This document shows positions 1 through 10,603 of a DNA stretch of 64,000 bases, piece after piece; position 1 is the first letter of the stretch, and every line of letters begins with the position of its first letter. The position numbers and the translations under genes were made by a program. A model generated the notes under the pieces. The model searched no databases, was not told where the DNA came from, and saw only the letters and a list, made by a program, of their open reading frames with translations. The DNA comes from an uncultured Chroococcidiopsis sp. (GTDB lineage: Bacteria > Cyanobacteriota > Cyanobacteriia > Cyanobacteriales > Chroococcidiopsidaceae), in contig CAXTYC010000001.1 in the NCBI GenBank assembly GCA_964248365.1, positions 224,001 through 288,000 of the forward strand. The letters run 5' to 3'.

Positions 1-262
1 GGCAGATCAGCATGAATTTCTCTATCCGCGCAGTCGTTACTATGGCAAGGTTAAGCCAGAAAACTTGGTTTTCAATGCCAATTTACAAGAATTTGCCCAG
101 CAGGTAAGTTACATTTGTAACTTAGAAACATCTGGAAAACTTTCTCCCGACGAAGCTTATCAAAAAGTTCGTAGTCTTTGGAAGCAGCTCAAAAAGACAA
201 AAAAACAGTTAGGAATTGGTGAAAACCCTTTCCAAGTCGATCAAGGGGAAGATCAAAGCTAA
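1..262 (+). CDS. Conserved small cyanobacterial hypothetical protein (DUF7219-like), start at or just before the window edge
   Basis: Frame is open from base 2 (ADQHEFLYPRSRYYGKVKPENLVFNANLQEFAQQVSYICNLETSGKLS...), so it extends upstream of the ORF-track start at 65. Confidence 0.75.
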   Translation, partial: ADQHEFLYPRSRYYGKVKPENLVFNANLQEFAQQVSYICNLETSGKLSPDEAYQKVRSLWKQLKKTKKQLGIGENPFQVDQGEDQS

Positions 263-309
263 AAAGGCTACTGTGAGAAAAAAAGTAAAATACAACTCCC
301 AGACTGATA

Positions 310-338
310 CTAGTTCCCAGGCTGAGCCTGGGAATGAG
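310..338. repeat. REP-like palindrome (GTTCCCAG...CTGGGAA family)
   Basis: ctagttcccaggctgagcctgggaatgag lies between convergent genes; related copies at about 22254 and 25069. Confidence 0.6.
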
Positions 339-393
339 AGAAAATGCGATCAAACAGTAGTAGAGGTGGGTTTACTCAAAGTATTTGTTGGAA

Positions 394-1533
394 TTAGACT
401 TTGTTGTTAAACCCGCCCCTACTTGTAGACTGAACAGTCTGATAATAATGTTGTAATTGACGAGTAGCAGCTGCCCATCCCCACCTTTCGGCTTCCAAAC
501 GGGCGTTTTTACGAATGATTTCTCGCTCTTGTTTTTGCTCTAGCAAACGTTGAGTAGCAGCGATCGCTCCTTGTTCATCTTCTGGGTCAAATAAATAACC
601 ATTCACTCCAGAAGTTACAATATCGGTAATCCCACCAGAATTAGCAGCCACGACGGGACATCCAGCAGCCATCGCCTCTAATAGCACTAATCCCAGAGTC
701 TCAGTGCGAGAAGGAAAGATAAACGCATCTGCACAAGCAAAAGCTGAACCTAATTCTCGCCCTGTCAAATATCCGACAAAATGAGTATTAGTTCCAGCAA
801 AGTATTTTTCTAGTGCAAGCCGATGGGGACCATCCCCAACTAAAGCTAAACGCGCATCGGGTATTGCTTCCAAAATTGGTTTGATCCGCTCAATTTCTTT
901 TTCAGCCGAAAGACGACCAACATAGAGTAGCAAGGGACTTTCAGAATGACCTAGACTTAGGTGCTTACGCATCTTTTGACAAGCCAAATCGGGATGAAAC
1001 AACTCTGTATCTACTCCCCTTTGCCACAAGTCTACTCTTTCAATTCCATGTGCGCTTAATTCCTGCACCATAGCTGTCGAAGTACACAGATTCAAACGCG
1101 CCTGATTATGACTTACCTTGAGCAATTCCCACAATACCCCTTCGAGCATTCCTAAACCATAGTGCTGAAGATATTGAGGCAAATGAGTATGATAGGAAGC
1201 GATTAGGGGAATTTTTAGCACTTTGCCATAAAACAGCCCAGCCAATCCCAACACAGCGGGGTTAACAACATGAATAATATCCGGTTGAAATTTTTCCAGT
1301 TCATGACCAATAGCAGGTCTTGGCAATGCCATTTTCAACTCAGGATACAATGGCAACGGAAAGCCAGAAACACCGTAAACTTTCGCCCCTTTGTATTCTG
1401 TCATCCCACCATCCGGCGCTACAACCAGTACTTGATTGCCATTGCGCTGTAAATGATCGATTGTGTGGCTTAAGCGTGTAACAATACCATCAAGCTTGGG
1501 CAAAAACGTTTCGGTAAATAAGGCAATTCGCAT
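394..1533 (-). CDS. sqdX: Sulfoquinovosyldiacylglycerol synthase (GT4)
   Basis: MRIALFTETFLPKLDGIVTRL N-terminus, GT4 ETLGLVLLEAMAAG motif, close to sqdB. Confidence 0.92.
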   Translation of the reverse strand: MRIALFTETFLPKLDGIVTRLSHTIDHLQRNGNQVLVVAPDGGMTEYKGAKVYGVSGFPLPLYPELKMALPRPAIGHELEKFQPDIIHVVNPAVLGLAGLFYGKVLKIPLIASYHTHLPQYLQHYGLGMLEGVLWELLKVSHNQARLNLCTSTAMVQELSAHGIERVDLWQRGVDTELFHPDLACQKMRKHLSLGHSESPLLLYVGRLSAEKEIERIKPILEAIPDARLALVGDGPHRLALEKYFAGTNTHFVGYLTGRELGSAFACADAFIFPSRTETLGLVLLEAMAAGCPVVAANSGGITDIVTSGVNGYLFDPEDEQGAIAATQRLLEQKQEREIIRKNARLEAERWGWAAATRQLQHYYQTVQSTSRGGFNNKV

Positions 1534-1599
1534 ACACAGTTAGGCTGGGGGAACCAGTGTTGTTTTTACCATAAAGTGCGATCGCAATCGAGATCTTCT

Positions 1600-2232
1600 T
1601 TATATTGTCGATAATCCCAACTTTGTAGCAGTGTTAATATCAACGACTGGGTAGACTGTTTCGCGTGGTATGTATAATTGCGCACACTCAGACTTAATGT
1701 TTTGTCGCTGATGTACAAACTGAGAAATGTCCTCAATCTTGACAATCCAATCTTGGGCATAGGCATCGAGTACACTACCACGTAAACCTAACTGAATTGC
1801 CCTACGTTCCAATCTTGCGCCTGAAGGATGTCGGTCCCGGTCCCATTGTAAGCGTACAAGCGAAGTCTTCACGGCTTTTGACCATTCGCTTTCACTCGCA
1901 TACACCTCTGGTTCAAACTTGGAATGAACAGCCCCAGCCAAAATATCATCAAAAGCGGCACGTTTAATCCAAACCGCCAGCACCACTTCTTGTCCTTCTT
2001 TCATCCCCCATCCCGAACGATACATCATCCAAAGAAAGTTGGGTTTTATCCAACTCATCCGGTGGAGATTAAATTCCCCACCAAAATAACCGTGTGTAGC
2101 GGCATTACCAATTGCTGGGCGATAAGCTTGGTAAACGACAACAGATTCTTGGTCAAACTGTGCTATAATGCAGCGACCTGATTTAGGTAAGCGGCTGACT
2201 TGTTCTAAATACGATTCTGTTACTAGCTGCAT
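1600..2232 (-). CDS. DUF4291 family protein
   Basis: VYQAY, RMSWIKPNFLWMMYRSGWG, VRLQWD and RRAIQLGL motifs. Confidence 0.85.
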   Translation of the reverse strand: MQLVTESYLEQVSRLPKSGRCIIAQFDQESVVVYQAYRPAIGNAATHGYFGGEFNLHRMSWIKPNFLWMMYRSGWGMKEGQEVVLAVWIKRAAFDDILAGAVHSKFEPEVYASESEWSKAVKTSLVRLQWDRDRHPSGARLERRAIQLGLRGSVLDAYAQDWIVKIEDISQFVHQRQNIKSECAQLYIPRETVYPVVDINTATKLGLSTI

Positions 2233-2285
2233 CCTTTGTAGACATCTTGCAAAAGTACCAATTACCTCACCTTCGGGCTGATATT

Positions 2286-2420
2286 AGACTTCTTGCATAA
2301 ATTTTACAGCGCGCTCCTTTTTGCGTCCGAACGATCGCGCCTTTGCACGGACACTTTGCTCAAGTCGGGAAACCCGCTATCGCTTGTGTCCTTGTCTTTG
2401 CGCGAAACAAAAAAAGACGA
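2286..2420. repeat. Dispersed repeat copy with an internal insertion (sister copy at 45120-45191)
   Basis: Shared blocks AGACTTCTTGCAT, AGCGCGCTCCTTTTTGCGTCC and CTTTGCGCGAAACAAAAAAAGACGA. Confidence 0.8.
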
Positions 2421-2503
2421 GGGCTAGTAGCGGCTATACCAGATAGTACAACCGCCAGTAACAGCACCGATCGCATAGAATTTATACCAGTCTCAGACAG
2501 CGC

Positions 2504-3667
<1,164 letters not shown>

Positions 3668-3720
3668 TTACTCGCTGATATTCGCTAAATCTACCGTATT
3701 TTGTCACCCCTTTTGGACAA

Positions 3721-3757
3721 GCTGGGGTAGCTGGGGTAGCTGGGGTAGCTGGGGTAG
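3721..3757. repeat. 9-bp tandem repeat (GCTGGGGTA)x4
   Basis: Directly visible upstream of sqdB. Confidence 0.9.
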
Positions 3758-3919
3758 AAAAGCTCTCTGCTTCCTCTAGCCCCTGCGCCAAAGCCTCTAG
3801 CTCCTCTAATATGAACAAATGTAACAATATTGCCATCAAAACGTTTCACCATCTTGACACCAAAAAGGGAAGCCGATAATGTGATATACATACCCGGGTA
3901 AGACGACTGAAAAAAAAAT

Positions 3920-4255
3920 ATGCAAGCTAAGCAAAAGGTTACGTTGTATTTGTCGCCAGAACTGCATAGGCGTCTTAAAATCAGAGCCGCAATCGACTCC
4001 GAGCCAATGTCAGAACTCGCCGCACGTGCCATTGCTTTCTACCTCAGTCACCCAGAAGTGGTTGATGAAACGGAAGCCCTATATGGTCGGACTCATCAAG
4101 TATATGCTTGTCCAGAGTGTGCTACTTCGGTAGCCTTGCGAGATGGCGAACTAATATCCCTTTCCAACCAGCCTGGAGTAGTTCAAGAGCCGACTACTGT
4201 AGAGCAAGTTGCTTCAACATCCCAAGAAGGTCAATTAGTTCCTTGTTTGTCATAG
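3920..4255 (+). CDS. Ribbon-helix-helix (CopG-like) protein with a CxxC motif
   Basis: KVTLYLSPELHRRLKIRAA RHH pattern; CPEC; lies upstream of ycf46. Confidence 0.8.
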   Translation: MQAKQKVTLYLSPELHRRLKIRAAIDSEPMSELAARAIAFYLSHPEVVDETEALYGRTHQVYACPECATSVALRDGELISLSNQPGVVQEPTTVEQVASTSQEGQLVPCLS

Positions 4256-4360
4256 ACTGCGCGCTTCATAAGGAGCGGCAACAGCTTGAAACAAGCGTTG
4301 TAAACTCAGCAATAACACTGTCTGTACCATCTTTATTCGGTCAAAAGTAGGTCAAAGGCA

Positions 4361-5869
4361 ATGAAAGAAGAGCTAAACATCCTAATACAAGCTCAATACC
4401 CTCTAATCTACCTTGTGACCTCCGAGGAAGAACGGGCTGAGCAGGCAATTGCAATGATCGCGCAGTTAAGACCGCAAAGGCGGATATACATCTGGACAGT
4501 GACACACGGGATTGTAGAACATGGACAACCCCGAAATGTGACTCAACATAATACTGTGTCACCAGAAGCAGCGATTGAATGGGTAATTCGCCAAAGAGAG
4601 CCAAGTATATTTATATTTAAAGATTTACACCCATTTATTGAAGCGCCAGTAACAACAAGATGGTTGCGTGATGCGATCGCCTCTTTTAAAGGCACACAAA
4701 AAACCATCATGCTGATGTCGCCATTGCAGCTAGTTCCTGCCGAACTAGAGAAGGAAGTTGTAGTATTAGATTTCCCACTGCCAGACATGACAGAACTCAA
4801 TCAAGTTCTAGATCGGCAGTTAGAGCAAAACCGTAATCGTCGGCTGACTACAGATGGGCGGGAAAAGCTATTAAAAGCGGCTTTGGGCTTAACAAAAGAC
4901 GAAGCGGAAAAAGTATATCGGAAAGCGCAAGTTACTGCTGGACATCTTTCAGAAAATGAAGTAGATGTCGTCTTATCTGAGAAAAAGCAGTTAATTCGAC
5001 GCAACGGCATTCTGGAATACATGGAAGAAGATGCAACAATTGATGCCGTTGGCGGATTAGATGAACTGAAGCGGTGGCTTAAACAACGTTCCAACGCTTT
5101 TACAGAAAGAGCAAGGGAATACGGTTTGCCTCAACCAAAGGGAATGCTGATTTTGGGAGTACCAGGCTGTGGCAAGTCCCTGATTGCTAAAACAACATCT
5201 CGGCTGTGGGGCTTACCACTGTTGCGGCTAGATATGGGGCGAGTTTATGATGGTTCGATGGTAGGACGCTCTGAAGCTAACCTACGTAACGCCCTCAAAA
5301 CAGCAGAATCAATTTCCCCAGCAATTTTATTCATTGATGAGTTAGATAAAGCCTTTGCTGGTACTGCTGGTTCAGGTGACTCAGACGGTGGCACATCCAG
5401 CCGGATCTTTGGTTCTTTCCTCACCTGGATGCAAGAAAAAACATCTCCAGTGTTTGTCATGGCAACGGCTAACCGTGTTGAAAGGTTGCCTGGAGAGTTC
5501 TTGCGTAAGGGACGTTTTGACGAAATTTTCTTTGTCGATTTACCCACTACGGAAGAGCGCAAAGAAATCTTTAAAATTCACCTAAACAAGCGTAAACGAG
5601 ATATTACTCGCTTCGACCTCGATCAACTGGCTAAAATTGCCGACGGTTTTTCAGGAGCAGAAATTGAGCAAGCGCTAATTGCCGCTATGTACGATGCTTT
5701 TGCTCAAGATCGAGAGTTTACGCAACTAGATATTATTGCTGCTATAAAAGCGACGCTGCCTTTGTCACGGACAATGACAGAGCAAGTGACAGCCTTGAGA
5801 GATTGGGCTCGCCAGCGCGCCAGACCAGCAGCAGCCTCCGTCGCTGAATATCAGCGAATGGAGTTTTAA
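4361..5869 (+). CDS. ycf46: AAA+ ATPase Ycf46
   Basis: Walker A GVPGCGKS, Walker B LFIDE, SRH LRKGRFDE; followed by ycf35. Confidence 0.92.
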   Translation: MKEELNILIQAQYPLIYLVTSEEERAEQAIAMIAQLRPQRRIYIWTVTHGIVEHGQPRNVTQHNTVSPEAAIEWVIRQREPSIFIFKDLHPFIEAPVTTRWLRDAIASFKGTQKTIMLMSPLQLVPAELEKEVVVLDFPLPDMTELNQVLDRQLEQNRNRRLTTDGREKLLKAALGLTKDEAEKVYRKAQVTAGHLSENEVDVVLSEKKQLIRRNGILEYMEEDATIDAVGGLDELKRWLKQRSNAFTERAREYGLPQPKGMLILGVPGCGKSLIAKTTSRLWGLPLLRLDMGRVYDGSMVGRSEANLRNALKTAESISPAILFIDELDKAFAGTAGSGDSDGGTSSRIFGSFLTWMQEKTSPVFVMATANRVERLPGEFLRKGRFDEIFFVDLPTTEERKEIFKIHLNKRKRDITRFDLDQLAKIADGFSGAEIEQALIAAMYDAFAQDREFTQLDIIAAIKATLPLSRTMTEQVTALRDWARQRARPAAASVAEYQRMEF

Positions 5870-6018
5870 AAGCTTTCTCCTACTACCACAGGGGGAAAGG
5901 CTAGCAACGCTAGCAAATGACAAAACGCCGCGATTGTAATCCCATTCCAAAACGAGCGCGGCTAACCTAAACCAAACCGTTGTCGTTGATCTCTATTTTC
6001 CTTTAGGAGGAATCCCAA

Positions 6019-6372
6019 ATGTCTCATTTTAGCACCCTGCGTACCAAAATCACCGAAGTTGAAATCCTCAAGGCTTCCCTGCGCGACTTGGGAATCAACG
6101 TTAAGACCGAAGCTGACGTTCGTGGCTACAATGGTCAGCGGGTTCGCGCCGACTTGGTGGCAGTATTGGAAGGTGAATACGATCTAGGCTGGTCACGCAA
6201 CAGCGATGGTTCTTTTGACCTAATCGCTGACTTGTGGGGCGTTGCTAAGAAGCACAATCAAACTGAGTTGATCAACTCGATCAATCAGAAGTATGCAGTT
6301 AACAAGACCTTGGCTGAAGTCAAGCAGCGCGGTTTGCAAAACGCCAACGTCAAGTTGGTTGTGCAAAAGTAA
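6019..6372 (+). CDS. ycf35: Ycf35 / DUF1257 family protein
   Basis: MSHFSTLRTKI N-terminus, DLIADLW, QKYA; AGGAGG RBS. Confidence 0.88.
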   Translation: MSHFSTLRTKITEVEILKASLRDLGINVKTEADVRGYNGQRVRADLVAVLEGEYDLGWSRNSDGSFDLIADLWGVAKKHNQTELINSINQKYAVNKTLAEVKQRGLQNANVKLVVQK

Positions 6373-6397
6373 GTTATCTGCGCGTTCCCAAGCTTGC

Positions 6398-6434
6398 GGG
6401 TTAACCAGGATTTTTAGGGGTTAGCCCCTTTTTT
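6398..6434 (+). terminator. Probable rho-independent terminator
   Basis: GGGTTAACC...GGTTAGCCC stem followed by a T-run after ycf35. Confidence 0.6.
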
Positions 6435-6606
6435 ATTAGCCATTAGTTATTAGCTTTTAGCTATTAGCTAATGGTTAATTTGTTATTTAGACCTCCTGTG
6501 GGCATTCAGATACCTTTTAACGTGAATTCAAAATCAAACTTTGACAGAACAGCTTTACCCCTTCTGGCTTGATCGAGAATTGATTGACGATCTCTTGCCT
6601 TGACAG

Positions 6607-7009
6607 GAAGGTAAAGAAATAACATTTAGAGATTTTAATAAAAGATATACATTACATGATTCCTACTGGATAGGTATTTTATATGATGTTGCATACGAAC
6701 AAGCTGTAACATTAGCGATTGTGTGGGATGCACTCAAAACTGCCAGATAAAATTAAGGAAAGTATGTCTGTAGTAAATGAGTATCCCTATCTGCTGATAC
6801 GATTAACAGGTGTAGATTCGGTAAGTACAGCTAATTATGCGGATATTGGATGGATTTCTAGAGCAATAGCTGGGTGCGAAATTGAACAGGTGGAAGGAAA
6901 GAAGTTTTTAGTTATTGACGATGTGTATGGAGGGCAAATTAATATCATCTACAAGGGTAAAGAAATATTCTTGGCGCTAGAAAAAGACAAAAGTATTTTG
7001 AAGATTTGA
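6607..7009 (+). pseudogene. Hypothetical protein, frameshifted near 6735, with no clear start
   Basis: Frame EGKEITFRDFNKRYTLHDSYWIGILYDVAYEQAVTLAIVWDA switches to frame LPDKIKESMSVVNEYPYLLIRL... Confidence 0.5.
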
Positions 7010-7177
7010 AATTGGGCATTGGTATGAATGCGATCGCATCATGTTCTGTCTAACACCTTGCTTTGGATCGATTGGTTTAAACTTGATTAAGATGCGCTCG
7101 TTATCTTTGATAAGTTCTACCGTTAGGCTACCAGTATTTGGTTCGTCCTACTTGAAGAGTTATGTTAGATTAAGTCC

Positions 7178-7464
7178 ATGAATTTCGAGTGGGACGAACG
7201 CAAGAACGAAGCCAATGTTGCCAAGCATGGTTTCGACTTTACCGATGCGCAACAAGTTTTTGATTTGCCAATGGTTGTCGATCTCGATTGCCGAGAAGAT
7301 TATGGTGAAGATCGATGGATTGGGACTGCTTTGCTGGATGGAGGGTGGTTGTAGTAGTATACACCGAGCCTGACGAGAAGACAGTTCGCATTATTTTATT
7401 ACGAAAAGCACTTTCTCATGAACGAAAACGATATGAGCAATACCTCAAAGACCGATTGGTCTAG
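7178..7464 (+). pseudogene. brnT: BrnT family toxin, frameshifted near 7342
   Basis: MNFEWDERKNEANVAKHGFDF...DYGEDRWIG, then VVVVVYTEPDEKTVRIILLRKALSHERKRYE in another frame; not in the ORF track. Confidence 0.85.
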
Positions 7465-7705
7465 AATTGACGCGATGACTGATGAGGATATCGATACCTC
7501 TGATATCCCGCCTCTGTCAGATGAGTTCTTTGCAAAAGCAAAATTGCGTCTTCCATCCACACAAGCAACGGTTGCTGTTCGTGTAGATCCTGAGACTCTC
7601 GCATGGTTTCAGCTACAAGGTGAGTCAGCCCAACGCCACATGGCTGCTGCGTTGCGAATCTATGCGGAGGCACAGAAATATACCCATTCGCGCAAATCAG
7701 CGTAA
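7433..7705 (+). CDS. brnA: BrnA family antitoxin
   Basis: TDWSRIDAMTDEDIDTSDIPPL and VRVDPETLAWF RHH C-terminus; overlaps the brnT 3' end (alternative start at 7418). Confidence 0.85.
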   Translation: MSNTSKTDWSRIDAMTDEDIDTSDIPPLSDEFFAKAKLRLPSTQATVAVRVDPETLAWFQLQGESAQRHMAAALRIYAEAQKYTHSRKSA

Positions 7706-7797
7706 CACAACACTGCACCAGACGGGTAAACGCTCAATTTATGATCTGAAGACGACAAAAAAGCGATCGCGCTTCGCGCACACTACGTAAACGCGCT

Positions 7798-8349
7798 ATG
7801 ACCGTAACCGCAGCTAAATGGACGATAGACGAGTATCACCGGATGATTGCAGCTGGCATCTTGGACAATCGGCGTGTGGAATTGCTGAAGGGAGAAATAG
7901 TAGAGATGCCGCCGGAAGGAGAGGAACACGCTTATTTTAGTAGCGAAGCTGGGGAATATCTGATGCGGTTATTAGGCGATCGCGCCTCTGTTCGCGCACC
8001 TAAGCCGATTACGCTTGCTAACGATTCCGAACCCGAACCCGATCTTGCCATTGTACAACGGCTAGGGCGTGAATACCTAGAGCATCACCCATATCCTGAA
8101 AATATTTTCTAGCTGATTGAATATTCCGATTCCAGCTTAGACAAAGACCTAGAGACGAAAACTAAAGTCTATGCCCAAGTTAGAACCCCTGAGTACTGCG
8201 TAGTCAACCTCAACAAGAGACAACTTATAGTATTTCGAGATCCCCAAGATGGCGAATATGCTTCCAAGTCCACATTGACAAGAGGAACAATTTACCCATT
8301 GGCTTTTCCAAATGTGGCTGTATCGGTAGATTTGATTGTCAGCAATTAG
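7798..8349 (+). pseudogene. Uma2 family endonuclease with an in-frame TAG at 8110-8112
   Basis: EYHRMIAAGIL, RVELLKGEI, SEPEPDLAIV; the frame continues after the stop as LIEYSDSSLDKDLETKTKVYA...EYCVVNL to TAG at 8349. Confidence 0.88.
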
Positions 8350-9374
8350 AAGCTTAGGGATTGGGTTGATTTTACTATCTGCATTCCAGCCTTTGCAAAC
8401 CTCTCAAATGCAGCTTCAGCTTGTTCTGTGTAATCTACAACGCCAGGGACGACTACAGGGGATGTGCAATCTTCCAAAAGATAGATTTTTTTAGCAAGCG
8501 TGGGATCTACTTGCTCAATTTCAGTTAATAAATCATTAACTGTCCAGGCGACACAGTGACTTTTAGCTTGACCTGCGACGATAACAGCATCAAATTCTAA
8601 CAGTTGTTGAATCAGGCGTGAGTTTTTTTGGGCAATAGGGTGTCCGTCAGCCCCTTCCAAAACTTCTGGACGTAAAACAGAATAGTTCTCAGTTAAGGGA
8701 TTGTTACCTTTTATTTCAAACTGTGTTTGGCTGTCACGAACTATGCAATGAAAAAATACTGCTTCCTCGACGGATGAAACCAAAGCATGACCGATACCCC
8801 CTAGCATGGAATGGTAGAACCATACAGTCAAAGGATATTTGCCATGTTGACTCAGTTGATTGACATAATGCAGGGCGTGTGCGTGTAAGGTTTCGTAGTC
8901 GCACTTGAGACTGTAAGCAACTGCTGGGTTGACTTTCCAGATACCTTGCTCGATGTCTTTTGGTGTGATATTGGTAGCAGCAGGAATAGGGTGTTCTCCA
9001 TCGGCGTTGATCCAGAAGATAGGATGGAAAATTTGCATGGCTGTGTGGGTGTCAAGAGTGGGGGCGATCGCGCTAATCACGCCCAAATTGTGATATATAA
9101 ACTCACACAGCCGCTTGTTATCATCTACTGCACCATTACCAGACTGCCCACCTACAAATAATTCAAAGCCAGGAATACAAAAGGTATTTTGCACATCAAT
9201 CAATAGTAGGCAAATTTGCGTTTTATCCTCAGAAGCTGGTTTGATCTTGTGTTTTTTCGCCCATTCTCTCGCTTCATCCGCCCTTTGTTGGTAAGGTACG
9301 CGCCAGACTTCGCCTACTTTTTCAGGTTTAAAGTGACTCGGAATTGGTAGGTGGGCTATTGTCTGTGTGTTCAT
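8346..9374 (-). CDS. Isochorismatase / nicotinamidase-like cysteine hydrolase
   Basis: [34 protein letters not shown] motifs. Confidence 0.85.
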   Translation of the reverse strand: MNTQTIAHLPIPSHFKPEKVGEVWRVPYQQRADEAREWAKKHKIKPASEDKTQICLLLIDVQNTFCIPGFELFVGGQSGNGAVDDNKRLCEFIYHNLGVISAIAPTLDTHTAMQIFHPIFWINADGEHPIPAATNITPKDIEQGIWKVNPAVAYSLKCDYETLHAHALHYVNQLSQHGKYPLTVWFYHSMLGGIGHALVSSVEEAVFFHCIVRDSQTQFEIKGNNPLTENYSVLRPEVLEGADGHPIAQKNSRLIQQLLEFDAVIVAGQAKSHCVAWTVNDLLTEIEQVDPTLAKKIYLLEDCTSPVVVPGVVDYTEQAEAAFERFAKAGMQIVKSTQSLSF

Positions 9375-9501
9375 AGGGCATCTGTAAAGTGAGGTTGGCA
9401 AATAGTCTGTGCGGGTTTAACCTAGATCTTGGTAAAAAATGATGTAATAGCGATCGCGCCCCTACCGCCTATAATCAGTAAGTCCTATCTCTATTTTGGT
9501 A

Positions 9502-10497
9502 TTATTTACCATTATTATCATTATCCAAACTTTTCAAAGTTGCCAGCCTTTGATCTAACCAGTCGTCAGTAAACCACCCATAGGGTATAACATCCCCCAC
9601 CGCCCCTGTACCAATTCCCATCACCCAAATATGGGCAGCTTTGATAAATATAGGAATTGAAGCAAGTTCAGCCGCGTTTAGTTGACGAACAGCTTGATAA
9701 CCTTCTAGAAAAGAGCTTCTGACTTTAACATCTATCTTCCAAGTAATTGCTATGTGCATAAACTTGGCAATATCAAAAGTTCGCCAACCGTAACCACATT
9801 GATCGAAATCAAATAAGGTAGGTTGATTTTCTTCGTTGAAATGGGCATTACCTAAGTGAACATCGCCTACACAAATTCCATATTCTGGTGTTGACTTAGG
9901 AAGTTTTAAAGATTCTAGCTGCTTTTTGATTTGCTCTATTTGTGCGTGTAGATAGTTGATATCATTTGTTCGGTTTTTATATAAATTTAAAATAGCCGTT
10001 AGCGAACGATCTAACAAATACTCATTATTTAAGTGTGGTCTACTAAAATTACTATTGAAATTATCTAAAGTCTGATGAATACTTGCCAGCACTTCTCCCA
10101 AACGTTGGCTTTGTTTACTGTCGAGCTTTTCATTTACTGCTCTACCTGGCGCATAGGAAAATAGAGCAGCATAGCGTTTTCCCTCTGCTGCAGCAATTTC
10201 TGTTGTAAAGCTGCTATCTTTCCGCTCAATTGGATAGGCTATCGGCTGATTTTGTTCGTGTAGAAATGCCAGTAATTCTAGCTCAAAATCAATTTCTTCT
10301 TTTGTTCTCCAACCTCTGCGATAAAGCCGTAAGATGTATTTTCCTTGTTCAGTTTCTACTAGATAAGTATCGTTAAGACCACGTTTTAATAGCTTACAAC
10401 TATAAGGTTTGCCAATGGGATAGTTTGGCAATAGCATTGTTATCAAAGCCTCGCCTGAAGGAATGGAATGAATTACAGGGATAAAGGCTTGAGTCAT
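9502..10497 (-). CDS. APH-like phosphotransferase (homoserine kinase type II / RdoA-like)
   Basis: GDVHLGNA catalytic loop (VGD rather than HGD) and FDFD motif. Confidence 0.8.
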   Translation of the reverse strand: MTQAFIPVIHSIPSGEALITMLLPNYPIGKPYSCKLLKRGLNDTYLVETEQGKYILRLYRRGWRTKEEIDFELELLAFLHEQNQPIAYPIERKDSSFTTEIAAAEGKRYAALFSYAPGRAVNEKLDSKQSQRLGEVLASIHQTLDNFNSNFSRPHLNNEYLLDRSLTAILNLYKNRTNDINYLHAQIEQIKKQLESLKLPKSTPEYGICVGDVHLGNAHFNEENQPTLFDFDQCGYGWRTFDIAKFMHIAITWKIDVKVRSSFLEGYQAVRQLNAAELASIPIFIKAAHIWVMGIGTGAVGDVIPYGWFTDDWLDQRLATLKSLDNDNNGK

Positions 10498-10603
10498 AAA
10501 ATTACTGCTGGTTGTAGTTATAGATCCAGCTATTAGGGAGGATCTGCGATCGCTCCGATCTTCTTTTCTAGTTTTAGACTATAGCGCGATCGCCCCCCAC
10601 TCA

